A stretch of DNA of 64,000 bases from Octopus sinensis (lineage: Eukaryota), in the NCBI RefSeq assembly GCF_006345805.1, contig NC_043008.1:29698001-29762000 (forward strand), in the 5' to 3' direction. Of the stretch, positions 26,291 through 39,959 are shown in pieces; the stretch's first letter is position 1, and every line of letters starts with the position of its first letter. The notes under the pieces are model-generated. The model ran no database searches. It saw nothing but the letters and a program-made list of their open reading frames with translations, and was not told the DNA's origin. The position numbers and the translations under genes are program-made.

Positions 26291-29122
26291 TGACGTTTGC
26301 GTATGTATGAATGTATGTATGCATGTATATATATATATATGTATGTATGTATATATGTATGTGTGTATGTATGAATGTATGTGTGTATTTTTGTGCATAT
26401 GTATGCATGTATGTATGCATGTATGGACCGATTGATTGATTGATTCAATATTAACTCGCTGCTAATAATTTATTCAGTGGCATGTGTTTATTTGCAATGC
26501 AATAGTTGTAGAAGCATAATTGTCGGCAATATATAATTACGTATACGATGTAATTCAATCAGCTGATATATATTTCCCCCATATTGCTGGTGTTTTCACA
26601 CAATAATGTGTTAATAACATTATCCGTTATTTTTAATTAAAAAAATTATCAGATTCGGAAAATATTGCCTCCTATATATTTTTATCGGATTAGCGCGAAG
26701 TGTATCAATACTAGTTATGAGGGGCATTACTGTGCTGTTGAGGTTTGTGGCGTTATTACCGATATTGACACCTCTGGCAATGTATTCAGTGGTGATGATC
26801 GTGTATTATTACTCGAGTAGATAATATCTGAAAGCATCATATAAAGGTTTTTGTGCTGTTATTACCCATTACACAAGTCACAGTATTAGTCGAGTCATAG
26901 AAACTTCCTTTAATTTATGAGGAGCTTACATGAAATGAAATGTCATATAATATAATGGAAAAATTAATCTCGTCTTAGACCAGAGTAATATTTCTACTAA
27001 CTTTTCATCATTGTGTCCTGTTCTACAGCAAAAGGTGCCACTCTTTCACTGTTCTATAAGGCATGAGCTTCCAATGTATACAATAGATCACCTGTCACTA
27101 AAACCTCCATTTCTAAAAAAAGGGATTATTACTATACGGCACCGATATGGTACATAAAATAGAACATTGCGAGAGACACTTTTAGTAAGTTGCAAATTGA
27201 TAAAGATGTTGCTGCCCAATAAAATTTCAGAAAACAAGAAAACTCCCTAATCGACCTGAATTGCTTTGATATGCATTAGATTACATTTATAGTAATATAG
27301 AATATTAGTTTAAAAGAGCAGATTATATAATGAATATGTTACAGTGTTGTGTAGTTCAATACAGTGTAGTTGTAGCTTATTACCGTGGATTTACAATATA
27401 TATAATAACATTGTTGCATATACATATAGGTCATTTTAATAAAAGCTGTGTCACATACTACGAAATTAAAAGACAAGAAATGTATTTTGCTGTCGCCGAG
27501 AAGCCTACTACGCATAGTATCTCAAATTCTTTCACATTTCATGACAGACCACGAAGTTTAACAATAAAGTATACAGTCGGTAGTGTAATCCTCATAAACC
27601 ACACTTACATATAAGATAATGGACGTATATCAGGAATTCTTTTCTCAGAGCTATCTCAGGCTTGAGCACCAACAAAATCAAATGCGTACTCGAATCTTTT
27701 TCAGAAATTATGAAGTGTTGATACACAGAGACCAGCTGTTGCTATGGAGTGTCTGCGTGACACCTTAATCGTCCAAGGATGAACCGTTGGGCAGCAGAGC
27801 ACGAACAGAAATTAACGTATCAATACATTGAGTTCACTCGTCTAAATCAAGAATGTAAAATTCGATTCCTATTAATATATACACATAGTTTATATGATTT
27901 AGTTGTGGTATACATTCCCCCACACAGACAGAAACACACACATACACACACGCACACACACATGCACGTACGCACGTCCACACATATATACATACACCTA
28001 GAGACATTAATATTCCCATGCATTCAACTTATTTGGTTGAAGTGTTCTTTTTGATTTACATTATATAGCTACGTTGCAAGCGCAGGATGAGGCATAGCAT
28101 GATAGTGATTGCCCAGGATTTTTAAGCGTTGTAATTGTTTAGATTGTAATACTACATAATGATATCATTAACATTTTGTTTGGAGAGAAGTTGATACTTC
28201 CTTGTGGTGATATGCTTATTCTGAAATGCTGATGTTATTTTAGCTATTGTTGTGGTTGGTATTTCTACTAGGAATGTTTACGCATTACTAGCGGTGTTGT
28301 AAGTAGCGTCAATTATTGGCTATATAAATGCTAGTCGCTGATCTTTTAGCGTAGTAGTTGCGCTGAAGCAAGAGATTCCCTTGAAAATATTGTTGATTCT
28401 GATAATGTGTTGCTTTTGCTTCAACTCTGAATTTGATAAATTTTGGATTCATGATGGCGGATATTTTATTGCTTGCTTTAATATTGTTGTTCAAGTTTTG
28501 ATTTTTCTTTGTGTTTTACTGATAATAACGTTAATGTGGCGAGTTTAAATGCTGCCTTTATTGATTCTTGCGCAAGTATTGATTGTGCTAATGTTATCAG
28601 TGCTACTGCTGCTTATGACTGGGGTTAGTGACGATTATGAATACCATAATGTAAACATGTAATAATTTTTTGTCGATATCGGCGTAGGATATACAAGTGT
28701 CATTTCTGTCCATAGATATAATGTTAGAAAAGAAAAGTCGTTTTTAAAGGGATAAAAGTTAATGCAGTATCTCAACATACACTTTTCTCTAAACACAGTC
28801 ATATCGAGGTTTTCTCCAATACTGACAAATTTACTTTACACAAATAAATTTTATAATTTAACATAAGTTACTTAATATAAATATAAGTTCTTAGGGCTTG
28901 TGAAATGAATGTCCACATTAAATTATAAATAAAACGTCCTTTAATTGATATATTGTTAAGTTTTATTTGAAGAGAATTTCTCGAGATTTGAAGGGAATTT
29001 CTAGAAAACACTACTCATAAAGCGAATATGTAATTTTTTATCAAAATACCACATTTTATGTGCGACGTCCTCATTCGTTAGCAAAGGAAAAGTGTGTGAG
29101 GCATATATATATATATTATGTA

Positions 29123-29505
29123 TGGCAGTGTGCTAAAGAGATTGCTTCCCAATCACATGCTACCTTGGGTTAGTCTCTTATACTATAACCTTGGGCCGAC
29201 CAAAACTATGTGAGTAGATTTGGGAAACGAAATCTGAAAGAAGACGTGGTGTATATATATATGTGTGTATGTATGTGTGAATCTGTGAGTGTGTATTGAT
29301 ATGAATGTCTGTGTCTTTGTGCCTGTATTTGTCCCCCAAAATCGCTTGACAACTGATGTTAATGTGTTTACTTCCCCGTAACTTAACGGTTAGACAAAAC
29401 CGACCGATACAATAAATATTATGTGTGTGTATATTTGTTCGACTTAAAGGCAGTGTTTCAGCATGCCCGCAGTGAAATAACTGAAACACATAAAAAAAAG
29501 AAAAG
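29123..29505 (+). mobile_element. Diverged CORE-type SINE copy
   Basis: ttgcttcccaatcacatg, gggccgaccaaa, cgcttgacaac, ccccgtaacttaacgg. Confidence 0.7.
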
Positions 29506-30942
29506 AATAATCGTGCTAAATCTTTGAATGGCGGTGCCCCAGCATGGCCACAGCTCATGAGCTGAAACTAGATAAACAAAAATATGTTCTTTTTCTTTTT
29601 CCTGTTTCATTTATGTGACTCTGGCCATATTGGGGCACCGCCTTAAATATATAAATATATATATATACACACACACAAACATATATGCATATGAAAGAAT
29701 TGATATTCGTATATATGCATTATATGTATCAATATATATGTATATATATGTGTGTATGTATGCATATAAATGTGTGTGCGCGTGTATTAGTGTGTGTATT
29801 TATATGTGTTTGGGCTTGGATGTCAATGTGTAGTAACTGAACTGTTTGTGTGGTTATAAGTTTGCATTAGTAACCGTGTGATAAAGGTTCAACGTCGATG
29901 TTATAACGTAATATATAGTGAAGTATAAAATAATTATTTCCCGTTATCTTTCCTTATTGCTGGTGTTGCTACTGCGTTTATTGATCTCTCCTTCTCCTTA
30001 TATGTAAACCGATGGAGAAGCACTTTCATGAAACCAATACGTTTGCTTTGAAAATTTAGCCTGTCTCTGTAAAAGACTGCTTATCTTCTGGAATAAACAG
30101 CTTCTTTTTTGATGGTAGGTGTGGAAGGTGATACTTAGCTAGTCATACAACCTTCTGAAACAAACCTTATTCGCTCAGAATATCTCAAATAAGTTGTTGA
30201 TGTTATTGCTTATAGCCAGTTAAACATTTATGGAGTAAACATCATGATCAATAGGATTCAAGACCGCCCTGTATTTTAAAAATTATAGTATATCCAATGT
30301 TATATAAGTTTAAAAGCAAAATTTGGTATTTTAGAGTGTGCTGCTTGGAGAATTACTCCACTATTTCTAACAGGAGGATCCATAACAGGATCCTGGATTG
30401 TTCACGTTTGATTTGTCTCTGTTCACACGACAATACGTTAGAAATAGTTTTAGTGGAGTATATATGACCTACGTAAAATCATTCATTGATTTCCAACTAT
30501 ATTTTCTAAAATAAATAAACATAGTAGATAAGTGAAACTCGTAAAACAGATTTTACGAGAATGTAAAAATAAATAAATTGAAACACTTATGCAGATATGT
30601 TCAATGTTTTTTATGCGAATCTATATTTGATATTATTCAACTATCTCTTTACTTCGAAGCGTTAACTTGTGTGCACATAAAGCCAAGTTTTATATTAAGC
30701 ATCGAATTAATTTTCTTATTAGTCTGCTTATATGCGTATGCTCATGTGTGTACATGATTACGCATTCTTTGTGTGTGTGTGTGTTGTATACGTACATACC
30801 TATAAATACATTTACCTACAACCAAACACGAATACCCATTCGTCCCTACACACACGCATATATATATACACATATATAAACATACACAGCTCCCCCCTCT
30901 ATCTCTCTCTCTCTCTGCACACACCCCTGTTTCTCCTTCTCT

Positions 30943-30986
<44 letters not shown>

Positions 30987-30989
30987 GTT

Positions 30990-31832
<843 letters not shown>

Positions 31833-31865
31833 ACATATACTTACATACATTTTAAGTGTGTGTGT

Positions 31866-31911
<46 letters not shown>

Positions 31912-32048
31912 TATATATATTATATATATATATATATACACATATATATGCATATGTATGAATACATACATATATATATATAAGTGTATTATATATACAT
32001 ACACATATATATACATATATATGCATATGTATGAATACATACATGCAT

Positions 32049-32109
<61 letters not shown>

Positions 32110-32421
32110 GGCACACATAATTCTAAATTTTGTAAAGTGCTTTTTTATTTTTATTTTTGTGTCTATGTATATTGATATTAGCATTCATATATATATTACG
32201 AAATTCGACTTCCATAGAAATATTTTAGTTTTATGTCTAGTTTTTTTCTCAAATTTATGCGGTGATAGTCATTTATACAATTTTCCATTGGTAATTCTAT
32301 GCAAATGTAGAATCAGCAAGCGAAATTTTCCAGCAGGATCAGCGGGCGAATCGAGGCATACACTCTTGCAGACATATGTCTTTACGCTTGTAAGTGTACG
32401 TATGTATACATATACACAGTA

Positions 32422-32492
<71 letters not shown>

Positions 32493-32501
<9 letters not shown>

Positions 32502-33149
32502 ATTGGTGAATTGAGGAAATGGAGCTGAACGCAGATTGAACAGAAATCGTTTTATTTCATTCTACACGTGTTTCGAAAGGCACAAATTACCAAAATCCGA
32601 TTGAATAATGGGACCATATTGTGTCTTTCTCTTCAGGAAGAAAAAAGGAAATCCGTTAGAGAAACAAAAACAGAACAGAGGCGGAGCAAAAATCAAATCG
32701 AACTATGCTCCTAAGAGCCCATGGCGAAACTGTTTATCAGTGTTTGCTGAGAACCGGTGCCTGAAGAATTCTACAGGTCAGGCATCGGTCAATCATGTGG
32801 GTGAGGGTGTATAGATGTTCTTAGTGACCGAGAATAAAGTTCTGACTATTTAAGGAATATTGGATGTTTTATAAGGGGCGAGAAAAAATCTACTTAGAGA
32901 CGTGTGTGTGTGTATACTGTTCTATATATGTGTGTGTTGGCGTAGGGGTAGAAAACACTTTTTGTGTACGTGTGTGCGTTTGATCGTTCGGCTGTCAGTG
33001 GCTACTGCCGTGATAACCGTTGGGTGGCAGAAAGAAAAAAAAATATATATATTATGTTTTATGTGTGTGTGTGTTCATCTGAGCCTGCCTTGTCAAGGAA
33101 ACCCCCCGCTGTGAAAAAACCAAGCCCCGTTTGTCTTACAGGAGTAATT
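32493..33149 (-). repeat. Inverted copy of the PLE 3' pLTR at the element's 5' end
   Basis: Near-identical reverse complement of about 36359-37015; the ORF track also shows the same peptides on opposite strands. Confidence 0.95.
32551..32646 (-). ncRNA. Type I hammerhead ribozyme in the inverted pLTR (antisense)
   Basis: Reverse complement of the same motif: tcttcag 32630-32636, tttc 32571-32574, tacacgtg 32563-32570. Confidence 0.85.
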
Positions 33150-33163
33150 GGGCTCTTAGTAAT

Positions 33164-33539
33164 TGGGCTCTTAGGAGCATAGTTCGATTTGGTTTTTGCT
33201 CCGCCTCTGTTCTGTTTTTGTTTCTCTAACGGATTTCCTTTTTTCTTCCTGAAGAGAAAGACACAATATGGTCCCATTATTCAATCGGATTTTGGTAATT
33301 TGTGCCTTTCGAAACACGTGTAGAATGAAATAAAACGTTTTCTGTTCAATCTGCGTTCAGCTCCATTTCCTCAATTCACCAATAATGTTTTAATTTCAAT
33401 TATCCGCACCAACGCACGGTTGCAACGCCAGATGGTTGTACCTCCAACCGTGCTGTTTACTGCTGTGATTTTTGCTACTAAGGTATCGGTTAACTTTTGA
33501 TTAATCTACAACAAGATTATTCATCTTTCTATTTCACAT
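33164..33539 (+). repeat. Partial direct 5' pLTR of the PLE
   Basis: Matches 36787-37162 with only a few substitutions; ends at ...ctatttcacat, as does the 3' copy. Confidence 0.95.
33239..33334 (+). ncRNA. Type I hammerhead ribozyme in the 5' direct pLTR
   Basis: Core identical to the 3' copy: CTGAAGA 33249-33255, GAAA 33311-33314, CACGTG-TA, cut after 33322. Confidence 0.85.
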
Positions 33540-33587
33540 AATACATACCGCTTCGTCAAGAAACTGCTACTTTAACCGATACCAATA

Positions 33588-36271
33588 ATGGAGTTGTTCG
33601 AGATTGATGCGTCCCTTAAGGATATTCCTATACACCAAAGGATGCCTTCCTTAAGGAGTTGGTTTGTAAAACCAACGCATTCATAAACCGGATAAGATGG
33701 CTCATTTTCTTCCACGAGAACTAAGATCTAAAATCGAACCGGACAACGGCATCGTCCGAATACGGCCGGCTTTTTAAAACATTGGATACGCCGCCACCGA
33801 ACCCAAGACTGAAGAAGTTTGAGGACGACTTGTGGGACATAGTTAGAAAGATTAAGTTCAGGAAGTCACCCAGGAGAAATGCCCACCTCAGATACCTAGA
33901 TAAAATTACCAAGGACATTAATAGATCGGACGGAGTCCTGGTCCAGTCCGACAAGACCAGGAACACATACAAGATGCCCATTAAGGAGTACCTAGATTTA
34001 CTCGGTAAAGAGATCAAGAAAAATTATAGAAAAACCAATTGGAGTACCCTGAGGAAGGTAAACTTGGAAATTAAGGAAATAATATTTAAACACCGAATTC
34101 AAATGAGAACTCAGCCGCTTAGCCCCAAGCAACCCAGATTTATAGTGAAGGACCATAAGCCTAACTTCCACACCAACCCAGCGCTAAGACTCATATGCCC
34201 TGCTAGATCTGATATCGGGATAATCAGTAAGTACATTTTAGATAAATATATCCCTAGTTTAGTAAACAAGCTGAAGCTCAGCCTCTGGGCCAACTCCTCC
34301 CAGGTAGTGAAGTGGTTCTCTTCCATCCCCAATAAGAACCGTACTAGGTTCATTCAGTTTGATATCGCCAGCTTCTACCCCTCGATTAACCCTAGTGTGC
34401 TAAATAAGGCCCTCTGGCATGCTCACAACAAGGCTGGCCTCACCAGAGAAGAGATAGATATCATTTTAGTTGCCAGGAAATCGTTTATTAAGTTTGATAA
34501 TAAGTTGTGGATCCGTAAAAATACTCCCAATGAATTTGATGTGCCTATGGGTAGTTCAGATAGTGCGCAGATAGCCGATTTAGTCGGTATATATATTCTC
34601 TACGAATTGTCCGACCAATTCCCGGAGATCGCGGGCGGCCTGTATCGTGACGATTGTCTGTTTTACTGCAAAACACCACGAACAGAATAGTGCAGAAAAC
34701 TAAGAGCAGGTTAGCTAGGTTTTTTAATAGAATGGGCATGAGTATAGTTTTTGATAATGAACTCACCAAGGCTAATTTCCTAGACGTTACACTTAACCTT
34801 AATAGCGACTCATACTGCCCTTACCATAAGCCTTCCACTAATTTGAAGTATGTCAGTGTCTTCTCAAATCATGCCAAAACCGTAACAGACAATTTGGTTA
34901 AAAACATCTCTCTAAGATTGTCTGGCTTGTCCGCCAGTGCCGATATTTTTATGCAGAAAGCGGAATTTTATAACGCCGCACTGTCCAAGGCCGGTTATAG
35001 GCAGAAGGTAATTTATATTGATCCGGCCCTTCCGATGCCATCATTCGGTCATCAGGATAGGGCCGTATATAATAACATTAACATTTTAAGTAAGGACGGG
35101 AGCGCGGCGGATGCCGGGGTAGTCGCTCCCGCATTTAATTTAGCGAACAAGGATAATTATCGGTCCGGGAGGTCTTACACTAACCCAAGACCCGTTATTT
35201 ATCCGAGAATCACCCACCAGAGTGCGAGAGCTAGCGTCCCGACCCATCACACTGATAGGAATAAGCATATATGGTTTGTAATCCCCTTTGGTAAGCAGAT
35301 TAGAACTAACCTCCCCCTCTTGTTTAGACAAGCCATCGCCAATAACTTCCCCAGAAATTCCAAATATTACTCCACGGTTAACTCACATAAAGTTAGGATA
35401 GCTTTCTCCAACACTAAAAACCTCGCCCAGATAATCGCCTCCCATAATAATAGGCTACTTACTAAGACCCTATCACCTTTTTCCGGAGGCACAGCCTCTT
35501 CCGCTCCCGGTTTAATGCTCAGTAGGAATAATTATAGTAGTAATATTGATATGAGAGCCAGTACAGTGACACATAATCTCAGCTCCAGCCAGGAGTACCC
35601 ACTAGGGGTATAGTTATAAATAGGGGTGTTGTGGTTGACGGTAACAATGGGAGTAGGGTAGAGAGCCCCAATAGCAACCCCAGCATCATTTCCCGCAATA
35701 GCAGCACCACGGGCACTAGCAATGACAGTACTCTGATAGATAGTGGAGAATCAGGGGTTATTCCTATAGTTAATAGTGACGTAGTGGAAAATAGAGTAGT
35801 AAGCGGCTGCAGGTCTCGGAACGAATATAGTGACAGGAACGCAGTTCTAATTTCAGAAACTAATCCTAGCAGATTAAGATTTACGTCGGCGAACTCCAAG
35901 ATCAAAAACGCCGTCTACCAATGCAAGGTTTACACGGACTCAGATGTCTTCACTTATGTAGGGGCATCATCCTCAAGATTGTCTTTGCGTGTCTCCAATC
36001 ATTACGCAACTTTTCGGGACGTGAACAAGCGCCAGACCACGGGACTCAGTAAGCTAATATGGCGACTGAAGGATACGAACTTAAGCTACAGGCTGGAATG
36101 GTCAATTTTGTCGGTGGCCCTCCCATTTGATAGGGGCAGAAGACAGTGTAACCTTTGTGTCTCCGAACTCTCCATATTTTGTTTGCCAGAGGCCGGATGG
36201 TAAACGGGCTCTTACAGTCGGCTTTTCAATGCCCCCATTGGCGGCGTTACACTTATCTGGCTTTTAAATAG
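33588..36271 (+). pseudogene. PLE reverse transcriptase / GIY-YIG endonuclease polyprotein, split by 4 apparent 1-nt deletions and 1 in-frame TAA
   Basis: N-terminus MELFEIDASLKDIPI(P)PKDAFLKELVCKTNAFINRIRW. RT motifs FIQFDIASFYPSI, FDVPMGSSDSAQIADLVG, GLYRDD (34643-34654), NFLDVTLNL. Linker IWFVIPF. Endonuclease AVYQCKV...TYVGAS...R..NH. C-terminus CNLCVSE...CPHWRRYT. Frames step 0>2>1>0>2 as expected for four -1 events; 2684+4 = 896 codons. TAA at 33722-33724. Confidence 0.9.
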
Positions 36272-37162
36272 CGTTTATAAATAATACCGGCACCCATAGC
36301 CCTTGGTAACAAATTCTGAAATAGCCTTTAGATATCTACGATTATCCACTGCAAGGGGAATTACTCCTGTAAGACAAACGGGGCTTGGTTTTTTCACAGC
36401 GGGGGGTTTCCTTGACAAGGCAGGCTCAGATGAACACACACACACATAAAACATAATATATATATATTTTTTTCTTTCTGCCACCCAACGGTTATCACGG
36501 CAGTAGCCACTGACAGCCAAACGATCAAACGCACACACGTACACAAAAAGTGTTTTCTACCCCTACGCCAACACACACATATATAGAACAGTATACACAC
36601 ACACACGTCTCTAAGTAGATTTTTTCTCGCCCCTTATAAAACATCCAATATTCCTTAAATAGTCAGAACTTTATTCTCGGTCACTAAGAACATCTATACA
36701 CCCTCACCCACATGATTGACCGATGCCTGACCTGTAGAATTCTTCAGCCACCGGTTCTCAGCAAACACTGATAAACAGTTTCGCCATGGGCTCTTAGGAG
36801 CATAGTTCGATTTGGTTTTTGCTCCGCCTCTGTTCTGTTTTTGTTTCTCTAACGGATTTCCTTTTTTCTTCCTGAAGAGAAAGACACAATATGGTCCCAT
36901 TATTCAATCGGATTTTGGTAATTTGTGCCTTTCGAAACACGTGTAGAATGAAATAAAACGATTTCTGTTCAATCTGCGTTCAGCTCCACATCCTCAATTC
37001 ACCAATAATGTTTTAATTTCAATTATCCGCACCAACGCACGGTTGCAACGCCAGATGGTTGTACCTCCAACCGTGCTGTTTACTGCTGTGATTTTTGCTA
37101 CTAAGGTATCGGTTAACTTTTGATTAATCTACAACAAGATTATTCATCTTTCTATTTCACAT
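36272..37162 (+). repeat. PLE 3' UTR / 3' pLTR
   Basis: Follows the reconstructed stop codon and is the source of both 5' repeat copies; ends at the (TA)n flank. Confidence 0.9.
36862..36957 (+). ncRNA. Type I hammerhead ribozyme in the 3' pLTR
   Basis: CTGAAGA 36872-36878. Stem II gaaagAcacaa/ttgtgCctttc (10 of 11 bp, 33-nt loop). GAAA 36934-36937, palindromic stem III CACGTG, GUA triplet (cut after 36945). Stem I tttcttc/gaa(t)gaaa. Confidence 0.85.
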
Positions 37163-37167
37163 TATAT

Positions 37168-37214
<47 letters not shown>

Positions 37215-39655
37215 ATGAATAAGTATATATGTGTATTTATATATAACATATATATATATAATATATATATATATATAATATATATATATATATGCATATA
37301 TATGTATATGCCTACGTGCTTTTTGTGATTTTGTGTGCGTGTATGTGTGAATCAGCAATAACTGTAGTGGATTTACTATAAGGAAAGACATTTTTCATCA
37401 AATTGCGATTTTATCACAATGTGAAAAATCATTATTGCATCGAAAGCATTGATCGCCCATTTTCACCACGTTTCATCCAATAAAACTCTTATCTCTGCAT
37501 ACATCTAATTTTTGCTATAACAATTATATTGTGTACATAAATGCATATATGCATTATACATATATCTAACTATCATCGTCTATCTCCCCCTCTCGCCATC
37601 TATGAACGAATATAAATATATACATATATACATGTGTACATATATATATATATGTGTATGAATAAGTATATATGTGTATTTATATATAACATATATATAT
37701 ATAATTAGATGAATGTATAGCAGAATATACGTATGTACGCTTATGTGTGAATGAATTGAAATTATTGTTATTTATTTCATTTGCTTGCATTTGTCTTATA
37801 TATATGCATGAAAACCTACCTTGAAATTTCTAACTATACATATAGTTTACTGCAAAAATTTTGGAAAGCCTAAGGGATTATAGTATACCATGAGTTTTAA
37901 ATTTATAATATCAGCGGGAAAGAGATAACGGTGAAAATTACCAGTGATATAGTATTTAATCATCCGCCATGATAGCTAAGTAATATTTTATACAGGGTAA
38001 TAGGTTGAGAGGTCGATGCAATGTGCCATTTTCAATTTATTATGTACACTCTTACTGCACACTCTTGATTTTAAAATATTCAGAAAATCCAAACGCAGAG
38101 AGATGTGTGAGAATTCTTAGCTAAAAATGAAAATATAGTTCTTATCTAAATTAGTTCAAATAAATTTCGATGAATATATAAAACTAAATATTTTTTTTTT
38201 ACTTAATATATTTATATCAATATTGAATTTTTGTTTGGTGTGGACGTATACATTTTTCTCCTTTTCATGACTTACTTCATCCAATCAATAAATAAAATAT
38301 AGACAGAAAATCCAATATCCACACATTGGCAAAATGAATGGAAAACTTGTAACATTCTGAAATAATTTCTTTTGTACATTTCACAAATAGGTTATTGGCT
38401 TCAAGAATGCTTGTCCTATTTCGGGGTTAATGCATGCTTATCCCAATAATGAAAATAATTACTACTAAGAACTACTCGTTCTCTGCATTTGAGTCTTCTC
38501 GGAAAAATGAATTGAAACTTTCAATTATCATGTTTTGTTGAGTAGCAGACGAAAATAAACTATGATCGCTTGAATAATTTGTTATACATTCCCAATACTT
38601 ACTTTATCTACTCAAAACGCTGAAATATAAAAACAGTATCTGTAGGTCTTCAACTAAACACTGCTAAAAGGCAAACTGAACTGTTTCAAATAATGTATTC
38701 TGATATTTACGCTTATTGACATGATTAAGTGATTTCCTTTAACCTACAACCTTTGTTCACAACTTTGTAACAGATAAATCTGCATTCTTTTTATATCTCC
38801 ATATCTTCCTACATATCACAAAATTATAAGTAATACTATCAAATTTTGTTATCAAGAATGATATAGACTGAATCCAAGAGAAAATAATTGTTCTCTAAAT
38901 GATATAAATGTATGCGATCGAGAAATGAGCCCAGTTGAGTATTGCAGGTATTTTCACATGGTACACAAATTACTACTAATGAAAACATCAATGACAAGGA
39001 TAAAACTGGATATTTTATTTGTTTTATGTGTTGCTATTTTAGTATTTCGTCTTTACATGGAAATACAATTACATACTTGTACATAGAAAAAATCATCATC
39101 AATCTTTCCTTTACAAAAGTAGAATGACATCGAAAATCTTTTCGATCAGAATAACACACAATTTTTGTTTGGGTTTAATAATAGAATTTATATTCTTGAA
39201 ATGTAAAATTATAATCTCTTAAAACAAGGAAGATTAATATGGTAATTCGGATTACATGTAGCATAATCGATGAAGAATAATAATCGTATTGCTTGAGACG
39301 ATATTGTTTCATTCTTAAGCAGTATAATTTTTATTGCTCATGTATTAATCTACCTGTAATCCACATTACCATATTAATATTAGTTGCAGCGGGGATTATA
39401 TATTTGGGGATTGAAAGTCACGAAAGTCAGTGCATTTGACATATTCAACATTGCTATCGCTTCTACAATGTCTGAATTCAGAGCCTAGTTGCCAGAAGTC
39501 CCTTTCTAGGCATGTCTTCCATAGCAGTAGGGGAAATAACATAAATATAATCAATGACAATAACAATAATTATAATATTCCTTTGTACTGGCGGCACAAG
39601 GCCTCAGATTTGTGAGGAGTGGACTACTCGATTACACCTATCCCATTGGTAATGG

Positions 39656-39927
<272 letters not shown>

Positions 39928-39959
39928 TCCTAAGGCCTGAAAGTGGTAATGGAGGAACT

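Larger units (their letters stand above)
32493..37162 (+). mobile_element. Penelope-like retroelement (C-terminal GIY-YIG type, probably Naiad-like): inverted pLTR + partial direct pLTR + ORF + 3' pLTR
   Basis: RT and GIY-YIG motifs in three consecutive ORFs. 33164-33539 is repeated directly at 36787-37162, and 32493-33149 is the reverse complement of about 36359-37015. Both ends abut (TA)n tracts. Confidence 0.95.

Noticed and set aside
30351-30460. Small MITE (tactccacta/tagtggagta and tttctaac/gttagaaa)
   Set aside because: Short interrupted inverted repeat, no second copy in the window; cannot exclude chance.
33588-36271. Selenoprotein-type PLE (in-frame UGA plus SECIS, reported for some Naiads)
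   Set aside because: The reconstructed frame has no in-frame TGA; the only internal stop is TAA.
32493-37162. LTR retrotransposon or CRISPR-like interpretation of the repeats
   Set aside because: No TG...CA ends, PBS, gag or integrase. The RT is PLE-type with GIY-YIG, and there is no repeat-spacer array anywhere in the window.
37205-37700. 55-bp duplication (37205-37260, 37650-37700) as a PLE target-site duplication
   Set aside because: Both copies lie on the same side of the element in low-complexity TA/TG sequence; likely slippage.
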